NCBI GenBank assembly: GCA_003345595.1
Contig: PRDI01000113.1
Location: 1-10,720, forward strand
Length of the DNA stretch: 10,720 nucleotides
From: Candidatus Thorarchaeota archaeon
Lineage (GTDB): Archaea > Asgardarchaeota > Thorarchaeia > Thorarchaeales > Thorarchaeaceae
Direction: 5' to 3'
Part shown: positions 1-7,514 of the stretch, piece after piece
Position numbering within the stretch: position 1 is the first letter of the stretch
Layout: each line of letters begins with the position of its first letter
Position numbers and translations under genes: made by a program
The notes under the pieces: generated by a model
What the model was told of the DNA's origin: nothing
Database searches by the model: none
The model's input: the letters and a program-made list of their open reading frames with translations, nothing else

Positions 1-1109
1 TCAACGCAAGAGGGACATGCCGAGATGACCCACTGGGCTTGTGTCTGCTCGATGTCTTTGAGCTTGAGCTTGTTTATGTTGAGAGCGAATTCGTTGTCAA
101 AGGCTCTAAGAACTCCACCTGAACCGCAACAGAAGCAGTTGTTCCTGTTATGGGGCAGCTCCTCGAGCGTCACTCCGGGCAGGTTCTCAAGCACCTTTCT
201 AGGTTCCTCGAAGAACCCCTCGTTTCGGCCAGCGTCACAGGGATCGTGAAACGTGACCGTAATGTCGAGTGGAGTCTGCAGGTTGTTCAGTTTACCACTG
301 TCACACAAACGAGCGAGGTAGGCTGCGCCATACTCCACTTCGAACGGATGCTCAATGTCAAGCAACTCATGGTACTCATGAGCCCACATCCTGTAGCAGC
401 CTGGACAGTTGGTTATCACTCGCTCCACCCCAAGCTGCTTGTACATCTCTATATTGTGCTCTGCCAGAGTCTTTGCAGTAGCGAAGTCACCGGTCATGAT
501 CATTGGAGCGCCACAGCACCACTCGTCTTGTCCAAGTACGGTGTACTCCTCACCGATTCTGTCCATCACAAGTGTCGTCGCAATTGTCGCTTGGATTGGG
601 ACTGCCTTGTAGGACGAAGAACATCCGAAGAAGAATGCTGTCTTTGCCTTTCGACCCACACTCCTTTGAAGAGAGTCCTCATCTGGGTGCCAGTATGACC
701 AGCCGTCTATTCTGTCGGTCTGCGCTTGGCCTTGGATATTGCTGGTCTTCAGCAGTGTGTCCCTTGCGGCCTCGAGGTTCTTGGGCCATAGCCCTCTTCT
801 GTAGAACTCCGCGCGCATCAGCTGGTACAGCTTGACAAACGGTATGTCCACTTGACAGACCTCTTCACAGCCACCGCACAGTGTACAGCCAAAGATACCG
901 TCCCTGAGTCCTTCGAGACCTTCAGAGGGCTTGAGTCGCCCCTGCATCAATGCCCGGGCTATGATCATCTTGCCCTTCCCAGAATAGCTGTCGAGGCGCT
1001 TCACCTTGTAGGTGGGACACGATCCATGCCCGACCTGACAGAAGCTGCACTGCGCACAGGTGAAGGGCATATTCTGGAGTCCATGTTTTTCAAGTAGAGG
1101 GAATCGCAT
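1..1109 (-). CDS. HdrD/GlcF-like Fe-S oxidoreductase (2x[4Fe-4S] ferredoxin domain + two CCG domains), 3' end truncated by window edge
   Basis: Manual translation of the reverse strand from ATG at 1109 is open to base 1: MRFPLLEKHGLQNMPFTCAQCSFCQVGHGSCPTY...CTLCGGCEEVCQVDIP...FFFGCSSS-x-EWCCGAP-x-TNCPGC...FHDPCDAGR-x-CFCCGSGG-x-SACPSCV. Both CCG domains fit C-x34/35-CC-x35/36-CxxC. GAGAGG SD-like sequence lies upstream. Absent from the ORF track because there is no stop codon in the window. Confidence 0.93.
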   Translation of the reverse strand, partial: MRFPLLEKHGLQNMPFTCAQCSFCQVGHGSCPTYKVKRLDSYSGKGKMIIARALMQGRLKPSEGLEGLRDGIFGCTLCGGCEEVCQVDIPFVKLYQLMRAEFYRRGLWPKNLEAARDTLLKTSNIQGQAQTDRIDGWSYWHPDEDSLQRSVGRKAKTAFFFGCSSSYKAVPIQATIATTLVMDRIGEEYTVLGQDEWCCGAPMIMTGDFATAKTLAEHNIEMYKQLGVERVITNCPGCYRMWAHEYHELLDIEHPFEVEYGAAYLARLCDSGKLNNLQTPLDITVTFHDPCDAGRNEGFFEEPRKVLENLPGVTLEELPHNRNNCFCCGSGGVLRAFDNEFALNINKLKLKDIEQTQAQWVISACPSCV

Positions 1110-1328
1110 TACATTCGGACCTCTCTGGTGTCACAAGAATGACTCTTGGGCTGCGATGCCGTCGAACCGTTCAGCGGTCATTCAGCTACAAATACCTTGG
1201 GTCTTGACTCATTGGGGTGTCGGTCGGGCTTCAGGAAGTGCCGCCTCGCTATGTTTTTATCCTGTACTCTTCCTCGGCCCTATCTGCTGGCCTTGGACAC
1301 CATTGCTTGCTCAGTGGAGAATGCCTAG

Positions 1329-3269
1329 ATGACACTGAAAAGCGAGAACGCAGCCGAACTCGCTGGGATCTTCGGCAACCGGCTCATCACTGCCAAACAT
1401 GAGCTGATTGTCCACTCGATGGACGTGGGGTCACTGCCGAAGCAAGTCGGCTGGCTCATGAACACAAACCCTGACGCAATGGTGCAGCCCGAGTCCGCTC
1501 AAGAGGTCAAATTGCTCTACGACTTCGCCCGTTCTCACAAGATTCCCGTCGTTCCTCGAGGGGCAGGGACCTCAGGCTACGGAGGCGCCATACCAAGGAA
1601 AGGCGGTATCGTTGTCGACATGCGCAGGATGGACCAGGTTCTGAGTGTCGACAAGGAATCGATGACTGCCGTGGTAGAGCCGGGCATCTCATGGGCAAAC
1701 CTGCAGTTGGAGCTGAACCGTCAAGGGCTAGATCTGAGATGCTATCCGTCGTCAGCAGTGTCTGCGACTATCGGAGGTTGGGTAGCGCAGGGCGGCGATG
1801 GGATTGGCTCGCTCAAGTATGGCAACATTAACAACAACGTAGTCGAACTCGAAGTTGTTCTGCCCGAAGGAAAGACAATCGTGACCAGAGACACGGACTT
1901 GTTCTGTGACACAGAGGGGATTCTAGGCATAGTCACGAAGGTCACACTCAAGGTCAAACCTCTGGTCCCAATCCGCTCCATTGTTGTGAGCTTCCCCGAG
2001 AACTACCTGATGGTCTTCGCGATTGAGAGGATAATGAAGGACGGACCCCTGCCGTTCACCATGAGATTCGAAGAGAGCAAGTATACAGACCTCAAGAAGA
2101 GGATCTGGGAGGGCAAGGAGCCATTCCCGTTCCCAGTGCATCACTGCGTCCTCTTGGTCGCCTATGAAGGGACAGACGAGGAAATTGCCCAGGGCTTCGA
2201 GATAGTCCGGGAAGTGTGTAAGGAACTGAAGGGGGCTGTTTATGATGAAAATGTCGCGCTCCACGAGTGGGAAGACAGGTTCTATCCCATGAGGATAAAG
2301 AAGATTGGCCCCACACTCGTTGTTGGTCAGGCATTTGCTCCGATAGAGAGCCTAGAAGCCATTCTAGACGATTTTCAGTTCGAACAAGCCTCTGCTCATG
2401 CGGGAATCGACGGTTACGTGACATCGAAGAATGGTGTCACAATGATGGGCTACTTCCTTGAGGACGAGCGGCGGCATTTCTTCATGCTGTCTTGGTCGCA
2501 GAGTTTTGTGATCTTCAAGATTGCACAGCGGCACGGAGGGCACCCTCATTCAACAGGAATCTGGCTGGCGAACTACGCACCGATATACTTCGGCACACGT
2601 CGCCTTGGCAGGATCAGAGCCGCCAAGCTGAAACTGGACCCGCTTGAGATCTCCAACCCGGGCAAGGTGTTTGCATACTGGCTTCCGCTGATTCTCAGAA
2701 TCGGCAAATACTTCATGTGGTTGGGATTCGATCTGTTCCGGAACGGGTTCGGTAGGATTGCGCCCATACTCTTGAAGTGGCTGCAGAACCTCCCGCCGGT
2801 AAAGTGGATTCTTCGTTGGGGTCGTGCGCACAGTCCTTGGCCGGTCCAATACGGTCTTGGGTGTTGCATGGTCGATGGTGCAGCTGCGGTCGCATCTCGT
2901 TGGGACCTTGAGAGGTTCGGCATGCTTCCACTGTTTGGCCCCCGTCAGTGTGATGTGCTGTGGGTATCGGGTTCCCTGACGAAGAAGATGGCTCCTCGTC
3001 TGCGGAGGATCTACGAGCAGATGCCCGACCCCAAGTTCGTCATTTCATTCGGACAGTGTGCTGCAAGCGGAGGTCTCTTCTGGGATGGATACTCACTCGT
3101 GACTCCTCCCGACAAGGTGGTGCCAATCGATGTGTATCTGCCAGGCTGTCCTCCGAAGCCTTCAGACTTCGTTAGGGCACACTTGATTCTTCAGAACAAG
3201 ATTCGTGCAGGGACAACCCACTGGCAGCTGAAACATGAGAATCAAGATGCGATGGGCGTGATAAAGTAG
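1329..3269 (+). CDS. Fusion protein: N-terminal FAD-binding oxidoreductase (GlcD/Dld, VAO/PCMH flavoprotein family) + C-terminal NADH:quinone oxidoreductase subunit B-like (NuoB) domain
   Basis: aa1-446: VPRGAGTSGYGG, VEPGI, TIGGWVAQGG..KYG, TEGILGIVT and the family-terminal NPGK. aa~493-630: WGRAHSPWPVQYGLGCC, DLERFG..GPRQCD, KMAPRLRRIYEQMPDPKFVISFGQCAASGG, DVYLPGCPP (Cys512, 513, 577, 607 = N2 ligand pattern). Single uninterrupted frame; GGAGA lies upstream of the ATG. Confidence 0.93.
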   Translation: MTLKSENAAELAGIFGNRLITAKHELIVHSMDVGSLPKQVGWLMNTNPDAMVQPESAQEVKLLYDFARSHKIPVVPRGAGTSGYGGAIPRKGGIVVDMRRMDQVLSVDKESMTAVVEPGISWANLQLELNRQGLDLRCYPSSAVSATIGGWVAQGGDGIGSLKYGNINNNVVELEVVLPEGKTIVTRDTDLFCDTEGILGIVTKVTLKVKPLVPIRSIVVSFPENYLMVFAIERIMKDGPLPFTMRFEESKYTDLKKRIWEGKEPFPFPVHHCVLLVAYEGTDEEIAQGFEIVREVCKELKGAVYDENVALHEWEDRFYPMRIKKIGPTLVVGQAFAPIESLEAILDDFQFEQASAHAGIDGYVTSKNGVTMMGYFLEDERRHFFMLSWSQSFVIFKIAQRHGGHPHSTGIWLANYAPIYFGTRRLGRIRAAKLKLDPLEISNPGKVFAYWLPLILRIGKYFMWLGFDLFRNGFGRIAPILLKWLQNLPPVKWILRWGRAHSPWPVQYGLGCCMVDGAAAVASRWDLERFGMLPLFGPRQCDVLWVSGSLTKKMAPRLRRIYEQMPDPKFVISFGQCAASGGLFWDGYSLVTPPDKVVPIDVYLPGCPPKPSDFVRAHLILQNKIRAGTTHWQLKHENQDAMGVIK

Positions 3270-3293
3270 CTTCGAATCACAGGAGGTCCATGA

Positions 3294-3758
3294 ATGAGCC
3301 TAAGAGAAGACAGTGACCCATACTGCATGCTTTGGATTGGCGTTGCTCTGTTCGCTGCCTACTATTTCAATTTCGCATATTTAGGGCTCACGGTAACCGG
3401 TTATCTGAGTGCGATTGCCGCATACCTCCCCATTCTGCTAGTGCTGCCGATAGTAATAGTGTTCTTGTTCACTGGCTATTTGAAACCGCGTCGAGGTCGC
3501 TACAGACCAACAGTTCTTGCTTTGTCGATTTTCGCATCACTGTTTTACTTCATCATAGCATCGACCTTGCCGCAGGTAGGTAGTGTGGCACATGATTCAG
3601 TCTTCCTCTCATTCTGGGTGATTGGAGGCGCAATTCTAATCGCAGGCGCTTTTTCCGAAATGCCCTCTCTTGCAGAGAGTACTAGCCCGGGAATGCTGGA
3701 CGTCAGTTCTCTTCAATACAAGACTGACGAAGATGCCACCGCCACTGAAAGCAGCTGA
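3294..3758 (+). CDS. Hypothetical integral membrane protein (about 4 TM helices, acidic C-terminal tail)
   Basis: Four hydrophobic stretches; strong AGGAGG SD at 3281-3286, 7 nt before the ATG; 24 nt after the stop of the fusion gene. Confidence 0.75.
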   Translation: MSLREDSDPYCMLWIGVALFAAYYFNFAYLGLTVTGYLSAIAAYLPILLVLPIVIVFLFTGYLKPRRGRYRPTVLALSIFASLFYFIIASTLPQVGSVAHDSVFLSFWVIGGAILIAGAFSEMPSLAESTSPGMLDVSSLQYKTDEDATATESS

Positions 3759-3872
3759 GTGGACTGATCAGCGCAGAAGCAGCAGACGATGTTTCGACCA
3801 GATGTGCCTGTCGTCGTAATGTTTCTTCACCCGCACAGTTCATCAGAGGACCTCTCATGGAACTCGATGCGA

Positions 3873-3903
3873 GTCAATGATTATTGACCTTCTGGTCAAT
3901 GAT
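3873..3903. promoter_or_regulatory. Candidate transcription-factor operator (alternating GTCAAT/ATTGAC/GTCAAT half-sites) upstream of the ABC operon
   Basis: GTCAAT-gatt-ATTGACC-ttct-GGTCAAT. Two overlapping inverted repeats, and GTCAATGAT is directly repeated 22 nt apart. Followed by AT-rich gaaaggataataaac (BRE/TATA-like). Confidence 0.5.
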
Positions 3904-3985
3904 GAAAGGATAATAAACGCTCGTTCCCTATAGGAGCTCGTGTTGGTTAGCTCGACATCCAATCTTGGCACGATGAGGAACTACG

Positions 3986-4780
3986 ATGGAGTGGAAGCCG
4001 ATGGCGTCTGTTAGTATCAAGCATCTTGTGAAGAGTTACGGCAGCTTCGTTGCTGTGAATGATTTGTCATTTGACGTACGGGAGGGTGAAGTCTATGGAC
4101 TCCTTGGACCCAATGGTGCTGGCAAATCGACGACCCTGAAGGTCCTGATGGGCCTGCTGGATCCAGACTCGGGGACTTCCACCGTCTTCGGCATGGACTC
4201 TGGCGCGAGTCCTGTCGAGGTGAAGAAAAGAGTCGGCTATGTCCCTGAGGAAATCTCACTTTACGAGTCGCTCACGGCGAGAGAGCTCATTGACTTTGTC
4301 GCTTCCATAAGAGGGCTCAGCCCGGAAACTGCAGCAAGGCGTGCGTCCGAAATGTCCAAGGCACTGGACTTCGTCCAACAGTATGACAAGACCGTTGTGA
4401 CTCTCTCACATGGGAACAAGCAGAAACTGATGTTGATCATAGCCATGCTTCATGCCCCAGACTTGCTCATACTTGACGAGCCTTTCACCGGACTTGACGT
4501 CCGGACTGCTCGGATTATGAAGGATGTCATCAAGATCCATGTGGAAGGAGGCGGTTCTGCACTACTCAGTACGCACATAATGGAGATGGCTGAGGGACTG
4601 TGCAATAGGGTAGGAATCATCGATCATGGAGTCATGGTCGCTGAGGGCACGCTGGACGAGCTGGGCAGGCAGGCGCAGATTGAGGGCGCCACACTTGAGA
4701 AACTGTTCCTCAAACTCACTGGAGCGGAGGGAGAGGTAGAAGAGGGCGTGGAAACTCTCCGGGAGGCTTTGGGTGATTGA
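3986..4780 (+). CDS. ABC transporter ATP-binding protein (ABC-2/CcmA-like exporter ATPase); true start may be ATG 4001
   Basis: Walker A GPNGAGKST, Q-loop region GYVPE, signature LSHGNKQK, Walker B LLILDEP, H-loop STH, C-terminal TLEKLFLKLT. Confidence 0.95.
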   Translation: MEWKPMASVSIKHLVKSYGSFVAVNDLSFDVREGEVYGLLGPNGAGKSTTLKVLMGLLDPDSGTSTVFGMDSGASPVEVKKRVGYVPEEISLYESLTARELIDFVASIRGLSPETAARRASEMSKALDFVQQYDKTVVTLSHGNKQKLMLIIAMLHAPDLLILDEPFTGLDVRTARIMKDVIKIHVEGGGSALLSTHIMEMAEGLCNRVGIIDHGVMVAEGTLDELGRQAQIEGATLEKLFLKLTGAEGEVEEGVETLREALGD

Positions 4781-6420
4781 ATCTCGGTAAGAAGTGGCAG
4801 ATAGCTGGAGCCGTTTCAACGGAGTTGCGGTTTCAGGGCTACCTTGACTCCAACCCAATGGGACTCTCTCGCATCAAAGAGAACCCAGAGCGGATTATGA
4901 GGCAGATGAAGAGTGCAAATACGATGAGCGGACTGGTTTCAGCACTGTTCATTTCGACCCTGGGAATCTCGTCTATTGCGGCGGCTTACATCAACCTAGG
5001 CAGTGGACCATTCCACCTTCGTATGGCTCTATCCATTTCCATGTTCCTTGGTCTTACATTCATACTTATGTTCTTCATGAACCTCATGGCGACGACAGGA
5101 TTCTTCGGTGCGAGTGCCATGCGCCTCTTGACCATCCTGCCTTTCTCACGAAGCGACCTCGAAAACATCATCCTTCTGGCATTTGGCAGAGTCTTCATTG
5201 CTCCGGCTGTGATAATCAATGTGGTCTTCCCTCTCATCTGCTTCGTGCTGTTGGGACCGCTTATTGGTCTAGTTGCACTAGCGGGTTGTCTGATGACCAC
5301 GTCATTGTCCATTGGAGCACTGGTCAAGGTTTCCAAGTGGTTCTACGTGAAATCACATTCCTCAACTAATTCCAAAGCATCAACCATCATCCGTATCGCG
5401 GCAGGACTGGGAATTGTCGTTGGAATGTTCGCTGCCTATAGTATGACGGGATTCATACCGACGATCGTGCAGTTACTAGTGCAGCTGTCATCGAGCTTCG
5501 GTGAGATTGCAGTATCGATGCTTGCTGTTGTGTTTCCCTTCAGTCTTGGCATCCTCGCCGCCGCGCTCATCCCAGAAACGAGCTTTTCGTCAGTGACAGT
5601 CGCGGTTGCGGCCATCTCTTCGATGATTTATGCAGCTCTCGCGTATATTACCTACTTACGTAGTGGAAAGGCACTCAGATCAGTGGCCCTTGGAGGAGTC
5701 ACAACAAGTGGCGCCGAGATTCGACGCGACATAAGCGTTGACATTCTCAGCCCTATAAGTGCGATAATCCGGAAGGACATGAAGCTGGCTACACGTAACC
5801 TCGGGTCAATAATGATCATCGTGATGCCGCTCTTGATGGTCTTCTCAGTCTATCCTATTGTGGCTTTCACCAGTGAGGGGTTTCTGAGGAGTTCTTCAGC
5901 ACTACTTGGAACAGGATACATAACTACTTTCACGGGAATCTCTCTCATCGGGCTCTTGTCACTAGACTCTCAGGGCGCCTCCCTCCACGAGGGGCTTCCT
6001 ATAGACAGCAGAATGATACTGAGTGCAAAGGTCAGGGTGTTTGCTGTGCAGTATGCATTGGCCATGAGTGTGCTTGTGATTTGGTTTGCGCTTGCCAGCC
6101 CCATAACACTGCTTCTAGTTCTGCTGCCAATCATCCAGTTCCCCACGGCATATGCCATCGGATACCTGGTTGCCGCAACGATATATCACATCAGAGGGGG
6201 TGGCCGAGTCACCGCTGTCAACATCATAGGCGACCAAGCTATCGTTCTCCTCTCAATGGCTCTGACTGCGGCAATAGCTGGCGCTCCACTGGGAGCATAT
6301 GCACTGATTCTTCTGGCAACAAGAGGAAATCATCTCATGGCGCTTGGTATGCAGCTTGCGGTTGTCCTGCTCGAATTCCTGTTTGCGCGGCAGATTACTC
6401 CTAGGTTGCTTAAGGGTTAA
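4777..6420 (+). CDS. ABC exporter permease (multi-pass membrane protein)
   Basis: TTG start overlaps the ATPase stop (TTGA). More than 10 hydrophobic segments in two halves, each with an LP motif (LLTILPFSR; LHEGLPIDSR), and IIRKDMKLATRN at the start of the second half, typical of ABC-2-associated permeases. Confidence 0.85.
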   Translation: MNLGKKWQIAGAVSTELRFQGYLDSNPMGLSRIKENPERIMRQMKSANTMSGLVSALFISTLGISSIAAAYINLGSGPFHLRMALSISMFLGLTFILMFFMNLMATTGFFGASAMRLLTILPFSRSDLENIILLAFGRVFIAPAVIINVVFPLICFVLLGPLIGLVALAGCLMTTSLSIGALVKVSKWFYVKSHSSTNSKASTIIRIAAGLGIVVGMFAAYSMTGFIPTIVQLLVQLSSSFGEIAVSMLAVVFPFSLGILAAALIPETSFSSVTVAVAAISSMIYAALAYITYLRSGKALRSVALGGVTTSGAEIRRDISVDILSPISAIIRKDMKLATRNLGSIMIIVMPLLMVFSVYPIVAFTSEGFLRSSSALLGTGYITTFTGISLIGLLSLDSQGASLHEGLPIDSRMILSAKVRVFAVQYALAMSVLVIWFALASPITLLLVLLPIIQFPTAYAIGYLVAATIYHIRGGGRVTAVNIIGDQAIVLLSMALTAAIAGAPLGAYALILLATRGNHLMALGMQLAVVLLEFLFARQITPRLLKG

Positions 6421-6507
6421 TCGTGGGAAAGCAGACCCGCACGACCGCAACCCAGCATTAGGACGGGTTCAGCAACTCCTTCTCTGATCCGGAAAACAAG
6501 TGGCTAT

Positions 6508-6858
6508 CTATGGCTCCAAAAGCCACCCGACCGACGCCGTCACTAGGAGAACTGCGAAGGCGATCCAGAGGAAGGCGATGCCGCCAAGATAGCCTGGAAA
6601 CAGGCTGACGTCCAGATAGCCCTGAATTCCTCCAAGTATGGCTGAAATGAATGTGAGCGCCATGCGCCTCGGACGGGTTCTTGCGTATGCCACGGCGGCC
6701 GTCGCCAGTACGAAGAGAATGCAGTCCACGAGAAGAAGTGGGCGGAGAAATGGCTCTGCGACTGGACTCATCGTCCACAGCACGTAGACCAGAATAAGGC
6801 CAAGTCCGATAGCTAGGACAGAGTAGTAGACCAGCACGATCTTTGTCTTGGGGGCCAA
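6508..6858 (-). CDS. Hypothetical small membrane protein (about 4 TM)
   Basis: ORF track gives 6508-6897. The likelier start is TTG at 6858, with an AGGTGA SD 5 nt upstream. Four hydrophobic segments separated by short basic loops (RTRPRR). Confidence 0.7.
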   Translation of the reverse strand: MAPKTKIVLVYYSVLAIGLGLILVYVLWTMSPVAEPFLRPLLLVDCILFVLATAAVAYARTRPRRMALTFISAILGGIQGYLDVSLFPGYLGGIAFLWIAFAVLLVTASVGWLLEP

Positions 6859-6910
6859 GCGAATCACCTGAGGTCTGGCTTCAGATATCCGAGACAAGCC
6901 GTCGTGGTAC

Positions 6911-6928
6911 TGTATTTAACTGCTTTGA
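6911..6928 (-). promoter_or_regulatory. Possible archaeal BRE/TATA for the minus-strand membrane protein gene
   Basis: Minus strand reads tcaaagcaGTTAAATAca, about 55 nt upstream of the TTG start. Confidence 0.3.
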
Positions 6929-7073
6929 GGAGTGGGCGTCGAAGTGTTTTTATCACCCAACGAGCCGGCTGACGGTCTATCCACGAAGTGCGCCTTCTTC
7001 TGTCAGCACGATGTGCAGAAACGGTGTCGGCGCCTATCCCAAGCCTCAAAGTATTGATGGATGGTACTCCTCG

Positions 7074-7514
7074 ATGAGGTTGTTCATTGACTTCGTCCCT
7101 GTGTTGGTGTGGGCCCTCCTCGCCATTGCACTCGTTGCCATAATGCTCTTGGCATCGTGGGTGTTGCGGCCTCACATCCTTCAGAACTCGGACAAGACCT
7201 CCTCATACGAGTGCGGAGAGGAGCCGGTGGGCACTGCCGCCGTTGCATTTCCGTACAGCTACTTCCTCTATACAGTCCTGTTTGTCATCGTCGACGTAAT
7301 GGGTGCATTTCTTTGGCTATTGTCAGTATCTCCGCTCAGGATTTCTGAAGTTATCGTCTGGCAGACATTTGTCTTCGTGGTGCTCATAGTCCTCGGGATT
7401 GCGTTTGCCCTACACATGCTGCCTCAGACGTTGCTCGACGGAAAAGAAACCCTCAGACTGTACCGTGAGAGCAAAGCGGCCCGTGAACAGCACGATTCGG
7501 GGGTGCAGGTGTGA
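7074..7514 (+). CDS. nuoA: NADH:quinone oxidoreductase subunit A-like
   Basis: Three TM helices, loop KTSSYECGEEPVG, YFLYTVLFVIVDV. Start set at ATG 7074 (TTG 7080 also possible). The 6843 start in the ORF track overlaps the divergent gene and promoter. Confidence 0.9.
   Translation: MRLFIDFVPVLVWALLAIALVAIMLLASWVLRPHILQNSDKTSSYECGEEPVGTAAVAFPYSYFLYTVLFVIVDVMGAFLWLLSVSPLRISEVIVWQTFVFVVLIVLGIAFALHMLPQTLLDGKETLRLYRESKAAREQHDSGVQV

Noticed and set aside
25-1097. Plus-strand ORFs 25-249, 150-698, 269-481, 409-612, 503-835, 852-1097 (several Cys-rich)
   Set aside because: Antisense shadows of the motif-rich minus-strand HdrD/GlcF-like gene; no recognisable motifs.
1060-1402. Short ORFs spanning the divergent intergenic region
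   Set aside because: They overlap real genes or the promoter region and have no SD or protein-like features.
2660-2810. Fusion as a lost stop codon or frameshift between two genes
   Set aside because: The linker is ordered and amphipathic, I see no clear SD plus start ahead of the NuoB domain, and the operon lacks its own nuoB. It still needs read-level confirmation.
3927-3934. CCTATAGG palindrome upstream of the ABC ATPase
   Set aside because: Only 8 bp, which is expected by chance in a window this size.
6458-6778. Alternative minus-strand 106-aa ORF
   Set aside because: An Arg/Ser-rich off-frame overlap of the hydrophobic 6508-6858 ORF, which has a good SD.
6843-7073. 77-aa N-terminal extension of NuoA in the ORF track
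   Set aside because: It overlaps the divergent gene and promoter region; NuoA-like sequence starts only at 7074/7080.
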